Source: an uncultured Brevifollis sp.
Lineage (GTDB): Bacteria; Verrucomicrobiota; Verrucomicrobiia; Verrucomicrobiales; Verrucomicrobiaceae
Assembly (NCBI GenBank): GCA_964390165.1
Contig: CAYMHJ010000003.1
Coordinates: 1 to 54,812 of the forward strand
Direction of reading: 5' to 3'
DNA length: 54,812 nt
Of the stretch, positions 1-9,000 are shown one piece after another. The translations under genes and the position numbers were made by a program. Numbering within the stretch: the first letter of the stretch is position 1; each line of letters starts with the position of its first letter. The notes beneath the pieces were generated by a model. The model had not been told where the DNA came from. It searched no databases and was given only the letters and a program-made list of their open reading frames with translations.

Positions 1-2389
1 CGGTTTGCGCGATCTCGTCTGCGGTGAGAGCACCACGTGGGACTTCGATCATGGTGCCGACCATGTAGTCGATCTTCACCTTCTGCTCGGTCATCACCTC
101 TTTCGCGACGCGATTGACGATCTCGACCTGGAGGTCGAGTTCCTTTTTGAAGCCGACGAGCGGGATCATGACCTCAGGCTTCACCTTGATCTTCTTCTTG
201 GCGACCAGGGCGGCGGCTTCAAAGATGGCGCGGGCCTGCATCTCAGTGATCTCAGGGTAGGCAATGCCGAGACGGCAGCCACGGTGACCCAGCATTGGAT
301 TGAACTCATGCAGGGCTTCGACGCGATGAGCGATCTTGTCGGCGGTAATGCCGAGCTTTTCAGCGAGTTCCTTCTGCTGCTTTGTACTATGAGGCAGGAA
401 CTCGTGAAGAGGAGGATCAAGAAGACGGATGGTAGCGGGGAGACCCTTGAGGGACTCGAAGATGCCAGCGAAGTCATCACGCTGATAAGGAAGAAGCTTG
501 GCGAGTGCGGCGCGGCGATCAGCCTCATTATCAGCGAGGATCATCTCGCGCATGGCGTCGATGCGGTCACCTTCAAAGAACATGTGCTCTGTGCGAGTGA
601 GGCCGATGCCCTGGGCTCCGAACGCAATGGCGTTCTGGGTCTGCTCAGGATTGTCAGCGTTGGTGCGGACCTGAAGGCGGGTGGCCTTGCCGCACCATTT
701 CATCAATTGATTGAAGGACTGGAACTTCTCCGTGGCCTGGGCGGCTTTGTCGCCGTGGATCATGCCGGTGATGATTTCCGAAGGGGCTGTCTTCAACTGG
801 CCGCCATAAACGATACCACTGGTGCCGTCGATGGAGAGGAAGTCGCCTTCTTTGAAGGTCTGACCAGAGACAGTAACCGTCTTCTTGTCATAATTGATGT
901 CGAGGGCCGCAGCTCCGCAGATGCAAACCTTGCCCATCTGACGGGCAACAAGCGCAGCGTGAGAAGACACACCGCCCTTGGCTGTGAGGATGCCTTCAGC
1001 AGCGATCATACCACGAAGGTCTTCCGGGCTGGTTTCATTGCGAACGAGAAGAACTTTCTCACCCTTCTGCTCGGCGATGACCGCACGGTCAGCATTCAGG
1101 TAGATCTTACCGGAGGCGGCACCTGGGCCAGCAGGAAGGCCGGTCGCGATCGCCTTGGCTTTTTTCACATCTACGATGTCAAAGATGGGCGCGAGAAGCT
1201 GGTCGAGCTGATCAGCCGGATTGCGCATCACGGCGGTTTCCCAATCGATGAGCCTTTCCTTCACCATGTCCATGGAGAACTTCAAAGCAGCGGCAGCGGT
1301 GCGTTTGCCGTTGCGAGTCTGGAGCATGAACAGCTTACCCTGCTGGATTGTAAATTCGACGTCTTGAACGTCTTTGAAATGCTTTTCTAGGATGCTGCGA
1401 ACCTTGAGGAGTTCAGCGTATGGCTTCGGCATTGCCTTTTGAAGCTCCAGAACTGGCTCAGGCGTGCGGACGCCAGCGACGACGTCTTCACCCTGAGCGT
1501 TGATAAGGAATTCACCGTAGAATTCATTGACGCCGTTGGCTGGATTGCGCGTGAAGGCAACTCCGGAACCAGAGTCATTGCCGGTATTGCCATACACCAT
1601 GGCCTGGACGTTCACGGCAGTACCCCACTCGGCAGGGATGGGGTATTTGCGGCGATAAACGATCGCTCTGTCATTCATCCAGGAACCGAAGACAGCGCCA
1701 GCAGCACCACGAAGCTGATCCCAAGGATCACTCGGGAAGACCTTGCCGGTGCGCTCTTTAACAAGAGCTTTGAAACGCTTCACCAGTTCCTGCTGATCAG
1801 CGGCGGTGAGGTCACTGTCGATAATGTCCTTGTGATAGACTTCGTGTTTGTAACCTTCGATCACGACCTCGAAGGGTTCGTGGTCTTCTCCTTCGCGCTT
1901 CTGCACACCGAGCACCACATCACCATACATCTGGACGAAGCGACGATAACAATCCCAGGCGAAGCGTTCGTTCTTGGTGGCGGCAGCCAGAGAGAGAACT
2001 GTTTCATCATTAAGGCCGAGATTCAAAATCGTGTCCATCATCCCTGGCATCGAGTCACGAGCACCAGAACGGACGGCGACAAGGAGTGGCATTCCTTTGG
2101 AATCACCAAACTTGCAGCCCATGATTTTTTCCATCGCACCAACGCCAGCTTCCATCTGCTTCTGAAGCTCGATGGGGTAGGTGCGCTTGTTTGCGTAGTA
2201 GTAGGTGCAAACTTCTGTGGTGATCGTAAATCCAGGAGGCACTGGAAGTCCGATGCGGCTCATCTCGGCAAGATTTGCGCCCTTGCCACCAAGCAGTGGT
2301 TTCATGGAGCCATCACCGTCCGCTTTTCCTGCTCCGAAGGAATAAACGTATTTCACTGCTTTGCTGCTTTTGCTCACTGCTTTTGCCAT
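1..2389 (-). CDS. ppdK: Pyruvate, phosphate dikinase (3' end runs off the window)
   Basis: Absent from the ORF track because there is no stop in the window. Manual minus-strand translation from ATG 2389 gives [59 protein letters not shown], the PPDK N-terminus. It also contains [15 protein letters not shown] (phospho-His region) and [12 protein letters not shown]. Confidence 0.96.
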   Translation of the reverse strand, partial: MAKAVSKSSKAVKYVYSFGAGKADGDGSMKPLLGGKGANLAEMSRIGLPVPPGFTITTEVCTYYYANKRTYPIELQKQMEAGVGAMEKIMGCKFGDSKGMPLLVAVRSGARDSMPGMMDTILNLGLNDETVLSLAAATKNERFAWDCYRRFVQMYGDVVLGVQKREGEDHEPFEVVIEGYKHEVYHKDIIDSDLTAADQQELVKRFKALVKERTGKVFPSDPWDQLRGAAGAVFGSWMNDRAIVYRRKYPIPAEWGTAVNVQAMVYGNTGNDSGSGVAFTRNPANGVNEFYGEFLINAQGEDVVAGVRTPEPVLELQKAMPKPYAELLKVRSILEKHFKDVQDVEFTIQQGKLFMLQTRNGKRTAAAALKFSMDMVKERLIDWETAVMRNPADQLDQLLAPIFDIVDVKKAKAIATGLPAGPGAASGKIYLNADRAVIAEQKGEKVLLVRNETSPEDLRGMIAAEGILTAKGGVSSHAALVARQMGKVCICGAAALDINYDKKTVTVSGQTFKEGDFLSIDGTSGIVYGGQLKTAPSEIITGMIHGDKAAQATEKFQSFNQLMKWCGKATRLQVRTNADNPEQTQNAIAFGAQGIGLTRTEHMFFEGDRIDAMREMILADNEADRRAALAKLLPYQRDDFAGIFESLKGLPATIRLLDPPLHEFLPHSTKQQKELAEKLGITADKIAHRVEALHEFNPMLGHRGCRLGIAYPEITEMQARAIFEAAALVAKKKIKVKPEVMIPLVGFKKELDLQVEIVNRVAKEVMTEQKVKIDYMVGTMIEVPRGALTADEIAQT

Positions 2390-2716
2390 AGAGTTGGGGT
2401 CGTTACCGGCTTGATGATTTGTTTTTTGTTTCGATTGAGTGCCGATAATTATCTTTTGATTATAGGATGCAAGCACAAGTTGACAATCAAAAGTTCGCAG
2501 GCGCGTGACGAACTGCTCGATGAGTTTCACTGGGGCGTGATTGCTTATGTTTCGCCGAACGGCATCACGGCGGCTCTGCAGGATCATAATACTTTGGAAT
2601 CACGAGTCTTGACGTACATGCAGTGTTTGTGATTTAACCATGGCAAGACTGAATAATTCAATGTGTTCCATCTAATATGGGATGCTGAAAGTTCAGACAC
2701 CCCCCAAGTTACAACC

Positions 2717-3364
2717 ATGAAAACAACATTCGCATTCATCCGCTCAAAAGGCCGAGGATTCACGCTGGTCGAACTGCTGGTCGTCATCGTGATCATCGCC
2801 ATTCTTGCTTCACTCGCCGTTCCAGTTACCAACAAGGTCATGGAGATGGCAAACACCACGCGCACCAAAGCCATCATGAAGGATATGGTGGTGGCAATTG
2901 GCCACTTCCGCACAGAATACAATCGCCTCCCGGTGGATTTAAGCGGTTCCAGTGGCGGTGAGGACATCGATCCTATTCCAACGGATGACACCACCGACAT
3001 CGTTAGTGTTCTGATGGCGATGTCCGACTCTGGTTCAGGTGGTGGAGGCGGTCCAAACCTGAATCCGCGTGGCATCAAATTCATTGACCTGCCTTTGGCT
3101 AAAAACCAAACTTCCTTTGGTATCGTGGATCCAAGCGGTGGAGCTGGTGGAGGCAATGTGCGACTCCTCGATATCTGGGGAATGCCCTACTACATCATGC
3201 TCGACACCAATCTTGACAACCGCATCACCAATCCTGATGCCAGCAACATCGATCAACGGATATCTGCTCGTGCACCACAGTATCTGCCAGCCAGCACCGC
3301 CGTGCAGTGCACGGGACCGGACAAAGTTCTCAACACCAAGGATGACATCGTTTCCTGGAGATAG
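2717..3364 (+). CDS. Type II secretion/type IV pilin-like protein (GspG-like pseudopilin)
   Basis: Prepilin cleavage/methylation motif RG|FTLVELLVVIVIIAILASLAVP after a short basic leader from ATG 2717. The C-terminus LLDIWGMPY...TGPDKVLNTKDDIVSW resembles the GspG DPWG.PY...GPDG...DDI.NW signature. Confidence 0.85.
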   Translation: MKTTFAFIRSKGRGFTLVELLVVIVIIAILASLAVPVTNKVMEMANTTRTKAIMKDMVVAIGHFRTEYNRLPVDLSGSSGGEDIDPIPTDDTTDIVSVLMAMSDSGSGGGGGPNLNPRGIKFIDLPLAKNQTSFGIVDPSGGAGGGNVRLLDIWGMPYYIMLDTNLDNRITNPDASNIDQRISARAPQYLPASTAVQCTGPDKVLNTKDDIVSWR

Positions 3365-3392
3365 ATCTGACCTTCGCTTTATATCAATCAAG

Positions 3393-3424
3393 AAACGCGC
3401 GTCTTTCGGGACGCGCGTTTTTAT
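3393..3424. terminator. Intrinsic terminator, probably bidirectional, between the convergent pilin and nuoE genes
   Basis: Hairpin AAACGCGCGTCT-TTCG-GGACGCGCGTTT followed by TTAT, with an A-rich left flank. Confidence 0.85.
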
Positions 3425-3973
3425 TCAGCCGTAGCGCGAGAGGAGTTCTCCAGCTTTGCCCGGCTCCACCTTCTCGAAGAAATCGTCCTCCACCATGCAA
3501 ACAGGACCGAATCCGCAACTGGCGAGGCATTCAGCAAATTCGATGCTGTACTTGCCGTCTTCACTGACTGCGATTGGGTGATGATGATCGCAATGACTGC
3601 GGTCGATCTTAGCTGCCTGACACAGTGAGTCCATCAGTTCATAGCTTCCTGCCATAGCACATGACAAAGTGCGGCAAACGCGGATGTGGAATTTCCCTGG
3701 GGCGCTCTGCCTGAAGCCCGGATAGAAAGTCACCACCTCCAGTACTTGGATGGGAGGCAGCCCCAGTTTGTCAGCCACCCAGTTCACGGTTTCGTCACTG
3801 ATGAAACGGAAGTGATGCTGCATCAGATGCAGGAGCGGGAGCACAGCGCTGCGTTTTGAAACGGGGTAGTGGGTGATGACCTCGTCGATCTTCTTTTCCA
3901 GGTCTGCGGGTATTGCCAAAGCCATCTTAGATATGGGTAAACGGTGGTTCTGATTCAGTGTCGCCGTCTTCAT
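3425..3973 (-). CDS. nuoE: NADH-quinone oxidoreductase subunit E (2Fe-2S)
   Basis: KRSAVLPLLHLMQ, VLEVVTFYPGF and the Fe-S ligands CRTLSC and CLASC. The start overlaps the nuoD stop (ATGA); an alternative start is at 3925. Confidence 0.95.
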   Translation of the reverse strand: MKTATLNQNHRLPISKMALAIPADLEKKIDEVITHYPVSKRSAVLPLLHLMQHHFRFISDETVNWVADKLGLPPIQVLEVVTFYPGFRQSAPGKFHIRVCRTLSCAMAGSYELMDSLCQAAKIDRSHCDHHHPIAVSEDGKYSIEFAECLASCGFGPVCMVEDDFFEKVEPGKAGELLSRYG

Positions 3974-5229
3974 CGGTCACATTCACCCATCACGAAGTCC
4001 AAGCTGCCGAGCACTGAGGGCACGTCACTGAGCAGATGGCCAGGCAGCATTTTCGAAAGGATGCTGAGATTGATGAAGGAAGGGCTGCGAATTTTGAGCC
4101 GGTAGGGCACGCCGCCTCCTTTACTATGAATGTAGAAGCCTAGTTCGCCCTTGGGATTTTCAGCGCCGAAATAAACCTCGCCCGCTGGCGCATCAATACC
4201 CTGGGTGGCGATGATGAAGTGGTGGATGAGTTCTTCCATCTTCATTAGCACACCTTCCTTCTTTGGAAGGTAGCCTTTCTGATCCGTCACGTTGATCGGC
4301 CCGCCAGGGAGTTTGTCAAAGACCTGCCTCAGGATGCGCACGCTCTGCCGCATTTCCTCCATGCGTACAAGGTAGCGGTCAAAACAATCACCTGTGGTGC
4401 CGATCGGAATGTCGAAGTCGTAGCGATCGTAGTCGAGGTAGGGGTTGGTTTTGCGCAGATCGTGCTCCACACCGGAGCCGCGGAGATTCGGGCCGGTGAT
4501 GCCCCAGTCGATGGCTTCCTGCTTCGTGATGACTCCCAGGTTTTGTGTGCGTGCCATGAAGATGGCGTTGCGCGTCAGCAGCTTGTCCACCTCGTCGATC
4601 ACGGGCTCCAGCTCGTCTAAAAACTTCCGCACAGCACTGGCGAAGCCTTCCGGCAAATCGCGAACCTGCCCACCCACACGGGTGTAGCTGGTGGTGAAGC
4701 GTGCGCCGGTAAGCTGCTCGCAGAGATTGTATATCTTTTCTCGTTCGGTGAAGGTGTAGAGGAAAACTGTCATCGCGCCGACATCCATGGCGAAGACCCC
4801 GACCCCGAGCATGTGCGCCGAGATGCGGGCGAGTTCACAGCAGATGACGCGAATGGCACGCCCACGCTCCGGCACTTCCCAGCCCATGAGCTTTTCTACC
4901 GCCAAAGCGTAGGCGACGTTGTTCGCGAGCGGTGCCAGGTAGTCCAACCGGTCCGTGTAAGGCACAAACTGGTTGTAGTGCATATTTTCGGCGATTTTTT
5001 CATCCCCGCGATGCAGGAAGCCCACATCAGGCTCAGCCTTCGTGATCACCTCTCCATCCATTTCCAAAATCAGCCGCAGCACACCATGCGTAGCCGGGTG
5101 GGAGGGCCCCATGTTCAGCACCATTTTTTCACCCACCAGATCGGAGGTCGTGGCCTCCATACTCTCGGCCTGCATCGCTGCTTTGGCAGCGACATCGGGG
5201 GCTTCATACTCTCGCGTAACGGTGGGCAT
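3970..5229 (-). CDS. nuoD: NADH-quinone oxidoreductase subunit D
   Basis: LNMGPSHPATHGVLRL, GFLHRGDEK, DRLDY, ENPKGELG and C-terminal LDFVMGECDR. Confidence 0.97.
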   Translation of the reverse strand: MPTVTREYEAPDVAAKAAMQAESMEATTSDLVGEKMVLNMGPSHPATHGVLRLILEMDGEVITKAEPDVGFLHRGDEKIAENMHYNQFVPYTDRLDYLAPLANNVAYALAVEKLMGWEVPERGRAIRVICCELARISAHMLGVGVFAMDVGAMTVFLYTFTEREKIYNLCEQLTGARFTTSYTRVGGQVRDLPEGFASAVRKFLDELEPVIDEVDKLLTRNAIFMARTQNLGVITKQEAIDWGITGPNLRGSGVEHDLRKTNPYLDYDRYDFDIPIGTTGDCFDRYLVRMEEMRQSVRILRQVFDKLPGGPINVTDQKGYLPKKEGVLMKMEELIHHFIIATQGIDAPAGEVYFGAENPKGELGFYIHSKGGGVPYRLKIRSPSFINLSILSKMLPGHLLSDVPSVLGSLDFVMGECDR

Positions 5230-5288
5230 CAGGATATTGGGGGGAGGTGATTGAGTATTCTACGCCGGGAAACAGCGGCAAGACGAAT

Positions 5289-5306
5289 TTGTGAAAAATT
5301 TCACAA
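5289..5306. promoter_or_regulatory. Perfect palindromic operator TTGTGAA-AAAT-TTCACAA (Rex operator or CRP-family box) upstream of nuoD
   Basis: Exact match to the Rex consensus TTGTGAA-N4-TTCACAA and to CRP TGTGA-N6-TCACA. It lies 60 bp upstream of the nuoD start and downstream of the preceding gene's terminator. Confidence 0.7.
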
Positions 5307-5322
5307 GCTTGGCACTGGACAC

Positions 5323-5348
5323 AAAAAAGGCCACCAGCATCGGCGGCC
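5323..5348 (-). terminator. Intrinsic terminator after the PEP-CTERM gene
   Basis: Minus strand GGCCGCCG-ATGC-TGGTGGCC-TTTTTT: an 8-bp stem with two G-U pairs, then U6. Confidence 0.8.
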
Positions 5349-5376
5349 CCAAACTGAATCAAGGACGGACTAATCC

Positions 5377-5982
5377 TCAGCAACAACGGCGACGACGAGT
5401 GATTAGCAGCACAAGTCCCATAATCCCTAGCAACGCACGCGATGGCTCGGGAACCACACTGAACGAAGCGATGAAGTTGTTGCCCCCGTTGTTATTGACG
5501 GTTGGATTGAGTGCCCCGTCCTGTCCATTGGTGGAAATCTGTGAGTACACTTCAAGGCTGTAGCCGCCTGCCGAAAGTCCGGTGAGCAGGTTGCCTGTAA
5601 AGAAAGCCGTGCTGTTTGCACCAGCAACATCGCTGCCCCACTGCTGATCACCACCTCCGATATTTATTTGAAATGCATAATTTAACGGGGTGAATGCCCC
5701 GCCAGGACTTCCCTGCCAGACTCGATAGTAGAGGGCCATTCCAGTCACATCACTTGTTCCATTTTTGTAGCTCTTGCCCTGGCCGCCCAGCAGCAGGCTT
5801 CCACCAGAAGTAAAGTCACCCAAGTTGGTTCCCTGAAAATCTGGATTTCCTGTCACTGCGCCGATGTCGAAATAGGTACTAGAACCGGTATTGACGATGA
5901 CAAACTGGTCGAACATCCCGGCAGATCCATAGCCGCTGAGAGGAAGCATGACGCAAAGATAAAGAATATGGGCGAATTTCAT
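5377..5982 (-). CDS. PEP-CTERM sorting-domain protein with a putative carbohydrate-binding domain
   Basis: N-terminal signal peptide. C-terminal VPEPSRALLGIMGLVLLITRRRR (PEP, TM helix, Arg cluster). The mature domain ends NNNGGNNFIASF. Confidence 0.9.
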   Translation of the reverse strand: MKFAHILYLCVMLPLSGYGSAGMFDQFVIVNTGSSTYFDIGAVTGNPDFQGTNLGDFTSGGSLLLGGQGKSYKNGTSDVTGMALYYRVWQGSPGGAFTPLNYAFQINIGGGDQQWGSDVAGANSTAFFTGNLLTGLSAGGYSLEVYSQISTNGQDGALNPTVNNNGGNNFIASFSVVPEPSRALLGIMGLVLLITRRRRCC

Positions 5983-6009
5983 GATGAAACCGGGTTGGAT
6001 TACACTCGG

Positions 6010-6038
6010 AGAATGTTGGAAATGAACATTTTCGTCAA
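6010..6038 (-). promoter_or_regulatory. Candidate sigma70 promoter for the PEP-CTERM gene, overlapped by a 7-bp inverted repeat
   Basis: Minus strand TTGACG-N17-CATTCT. An AACATTT(6025-6031)/AAATGTT(6042-6048) inverted repeat flanks the -35. Confidence 0.35.
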
Positions 6039-6094
6039 AACAAATGTTTCGGTGAATGGCGTTCTAGCCAATTGACTATCAAGGGGCGAACAAG

Positions 6095-9000
6095 TCATGG
6101 AATGGCCATCTGAGTCACGCGAGCCTGATAAAACTTTCGGAAACCGTTGGAATCCAAATCGGTGAATGACAAAGAAGCTCCGGAAGCCAACTGATTCTTG
6201 GAACCGACCTCATTCTCCAGAGTCCAGGACTGCAAATCCGTGCTGCTGTAAACATGGTAGTAGCGACCAGGCACGGTGGAAAAGCTGACCACGACGCCAC
6301 GGCCGCTCCTCTCCACAGTCTCAATGACGAATTGGCTGGAGGCATCCAGGGGATTTGTGCCAGCCGCCTCTTCGTCCTGATTGGTTGTACCATCACCATC
6401 TTCGTCCGCACCTGGACTGAGCAATCTGACCGGTGTGGTGGTGCTGTTGGGATTCGGAGCGCCAGTGTCGGAGGTGCTGGAGGTGGAATCGACGCCTGCG
6501 GCACTCACGGCGATCAGCGTGGCGTAGTAGGTCTGTCCGAGCGTGCCGGTGAAGGTGTGGCTGGTGCCGTTCACGGTGACGCTATTTGCCAAGTCATTGC
6601 CGCCGGAGGTGGTGCCGATGCTGATCTTCCAGCTTGCGATGTTGTCGTGCGGTCCGGCGTTGCTGGTCCAGGTAAAGGTGCCTTGATTACCGATTTGGTA
6701 GTAGGTGGTGTTTGGGGCGCTGCTCGGTGGAGGTGTGACATCGACGATCTTCAAAAACTGCGCGAGTTCGCCATCGTTGGTGATCGGATTGACGGTGCCG
6801 CCGCCGAGGCTGACGAAGATGCCGTTGTTGTATATGTCCGCGCCGGTGCGTGCGTTGCCCCAAATGTCAGCGCTGGTGTTACTGCTGGCGAGATTTCGGA
6901 GGTTGTATTGCCGCACAGCGCTGTTTTGCAGGCCGAGGAGCTCCCAAAGCGGATCACCGACACCGCCACGAATATCAAAAGTGCTGCTGGTGGCGAGATG
7001 CGCGGCATTGTGCTCGAAGAGGTTCGCGAAGCACAGCACCACGTCTTTGAAGGCCGGCGAGGCATTCGCCTGCTCATACTTGGCGATGGCGAAGATGTTG
7101 TCTGCGGGTGCTCCGCCTCCGATTTTGAGGTCGAGGTAGTATTGATTGATCGATTTGATGGCGGGGCTGCTGAGGCGCGCCCAGTTCACGCGGCCATACC
7201 ACTGCGCCATCCCGGTGTTGTTCGGCGGCGGCTGGCTCCAGAATTGCGCCTTGTTCCACTTTTTGAAGTGCGGGATGAGTTTGCCGAAATTCAGCTCGTG
7301 ATCGGTCTCAAAGCCGTCGTAGTGCCAGAAGCCGGGACTCGTGTTGTAATTCTGAATGCCCTGCTCCTGGCCGTAAAACGTCATCGGCAGGCCAGGAACG
7401 GCTGCCAGGGTGGCGTATCGCGTCGCATTCAGCCACGCGTCGTTGTCCGGCAGGATTTCGTCGTGGCTGGTGATGTTCAGCAGAATGGCTCCGGTGCGGT
7501 AATTGCTCCTGCGGCCCTCAAGGGCACTCTGGATGTCGTATTCCTTGTTCACATGGCTGGCTGTGAAGTTGAAGACTAGACTTTCGTTGAGAATGTCGAA
7601 TACCCGATTGCTGCGGTAGCCTGGCTCCGCGCCATCGAGCGTCTCGGCCATGAAGACGAAGTTCCACTTCACGCTGCGGGTTTTGTTGATGAGGTATTCC
7701 CACAGAGGGTTTGGGAGCCCCTGGCCGAAATCGCAGCGCAGTGCGTCGATGCCCTTGTTGTCGGCAGCCAGCCGTGCGGCAGTGCTGCCAGTGGTCGAAT
7801 TTGAAAGTGAGTGGCCCGTCTGCTGGAGCCAATAAATTGGGTAATGGCCGAAGTAGCGCCACAGTTTGATCACTTCGGGGCTCAGTGAGTTCCAGTCCAT
7901 GAAATCGTCCTCGTTCTTGTGCGGCTCGGAACCGGCGGCGTAGCTCGTGAAACGCCATAGGGCAGAATAGCGTCCGTAAAACAATTCCGCCGTATCGTTC
8001 CACTTCGTGGCAAAATCATTGCGATCCGGTGCCACAGCCTTGTCTTTTTCGCTCAAACTGGTGAAATACGTCGCCGCTTGGCCGTAGTCGCCCGTGCGTG
8101 AGTACCAGTTCGCAGGGATCGTATTTGAAGAAGCACCCGTGAAGCCGAGATCGACACCACCTTGACCATATACCGCGTCCCAGGCTGTGTGGTTCGCCAC
8201 GAAGTCGAGCATGACATTGATCGTGCCCACGCTGCCGCTGTAGTTATCTGCTTTCGTCACAAAGCTCTGAAACTCGCTCAAGGCGGAGCCTTCGGTGTTC
8301 GCGCTTCCAAGATAGGGATTCACCGCGAAAAAGTTCTTCGTCGCATACGGGCTGCCTGGCTCATACGGATTACCCGGAGTCTCTTCCTCGACACCCAGGC
8401 CGCCGGTGGGGTGGATGGGTTGAAACCACAAACAGTTCGTCTGGATGGTATTGAAATAATCGAGGCTGACGTGGTCGTAGCCATCCGAATCTCCATCCGC
8501 CGCGCCGAGCAGATCCACAAAGGTACTGCGCCCGCCTTGATTCGCTGCCGTGGCCTCGATGGTCAGCGGATTGATCTCATAGAGCGTCATCTCCAGCGTC
8601 TTCTTTGGCGACACGACCACGGCGTGATCGCGATCCCCATAATAAAACCACGGCTCGGTCGGCGAGAAGCGATAGCGCACCGTTGCGCGATACGCACCGG
8701 TTTTCGTCACCGGGATGGATGCGTTCCAAGTCGAGCCTGCCGCGGTCATCGCATACGCTTTATAATAGTGTGTATCGTTTTGGCCGCAGAGGTCGCGTGC
8801 CGGCGGCAGGATTCCGTCCGCGATGCCGTCGCCGTTGTTGTCCTGATCGGCCTTGTCGCGGCGATTGAGGTTTGTCACGACCTCCACCTCGACCGGCGGT
8901 GTGCCGGAGTTGAAGGTGGCGCTCACGTTGAGCGCATGAGTCTCCTCCGAGATCTCGTCGATGAAAAACTTCGTCGTCTTATAGCCGCCACTGGCGCTGT

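Noticed and set aside
2444..2453. GATAATTATC palindrome upstream of ppdK as a Fur box
   Set aside because: Only 10 bp in an AT-rich tract; it does not extend to the 19-bp consensus.
5..2632. Plus-strand ORFs of 461 aa and 397 aa
   Set aside because: Antisense shadows of ppdK, which is clearly encoded on the minus strand.
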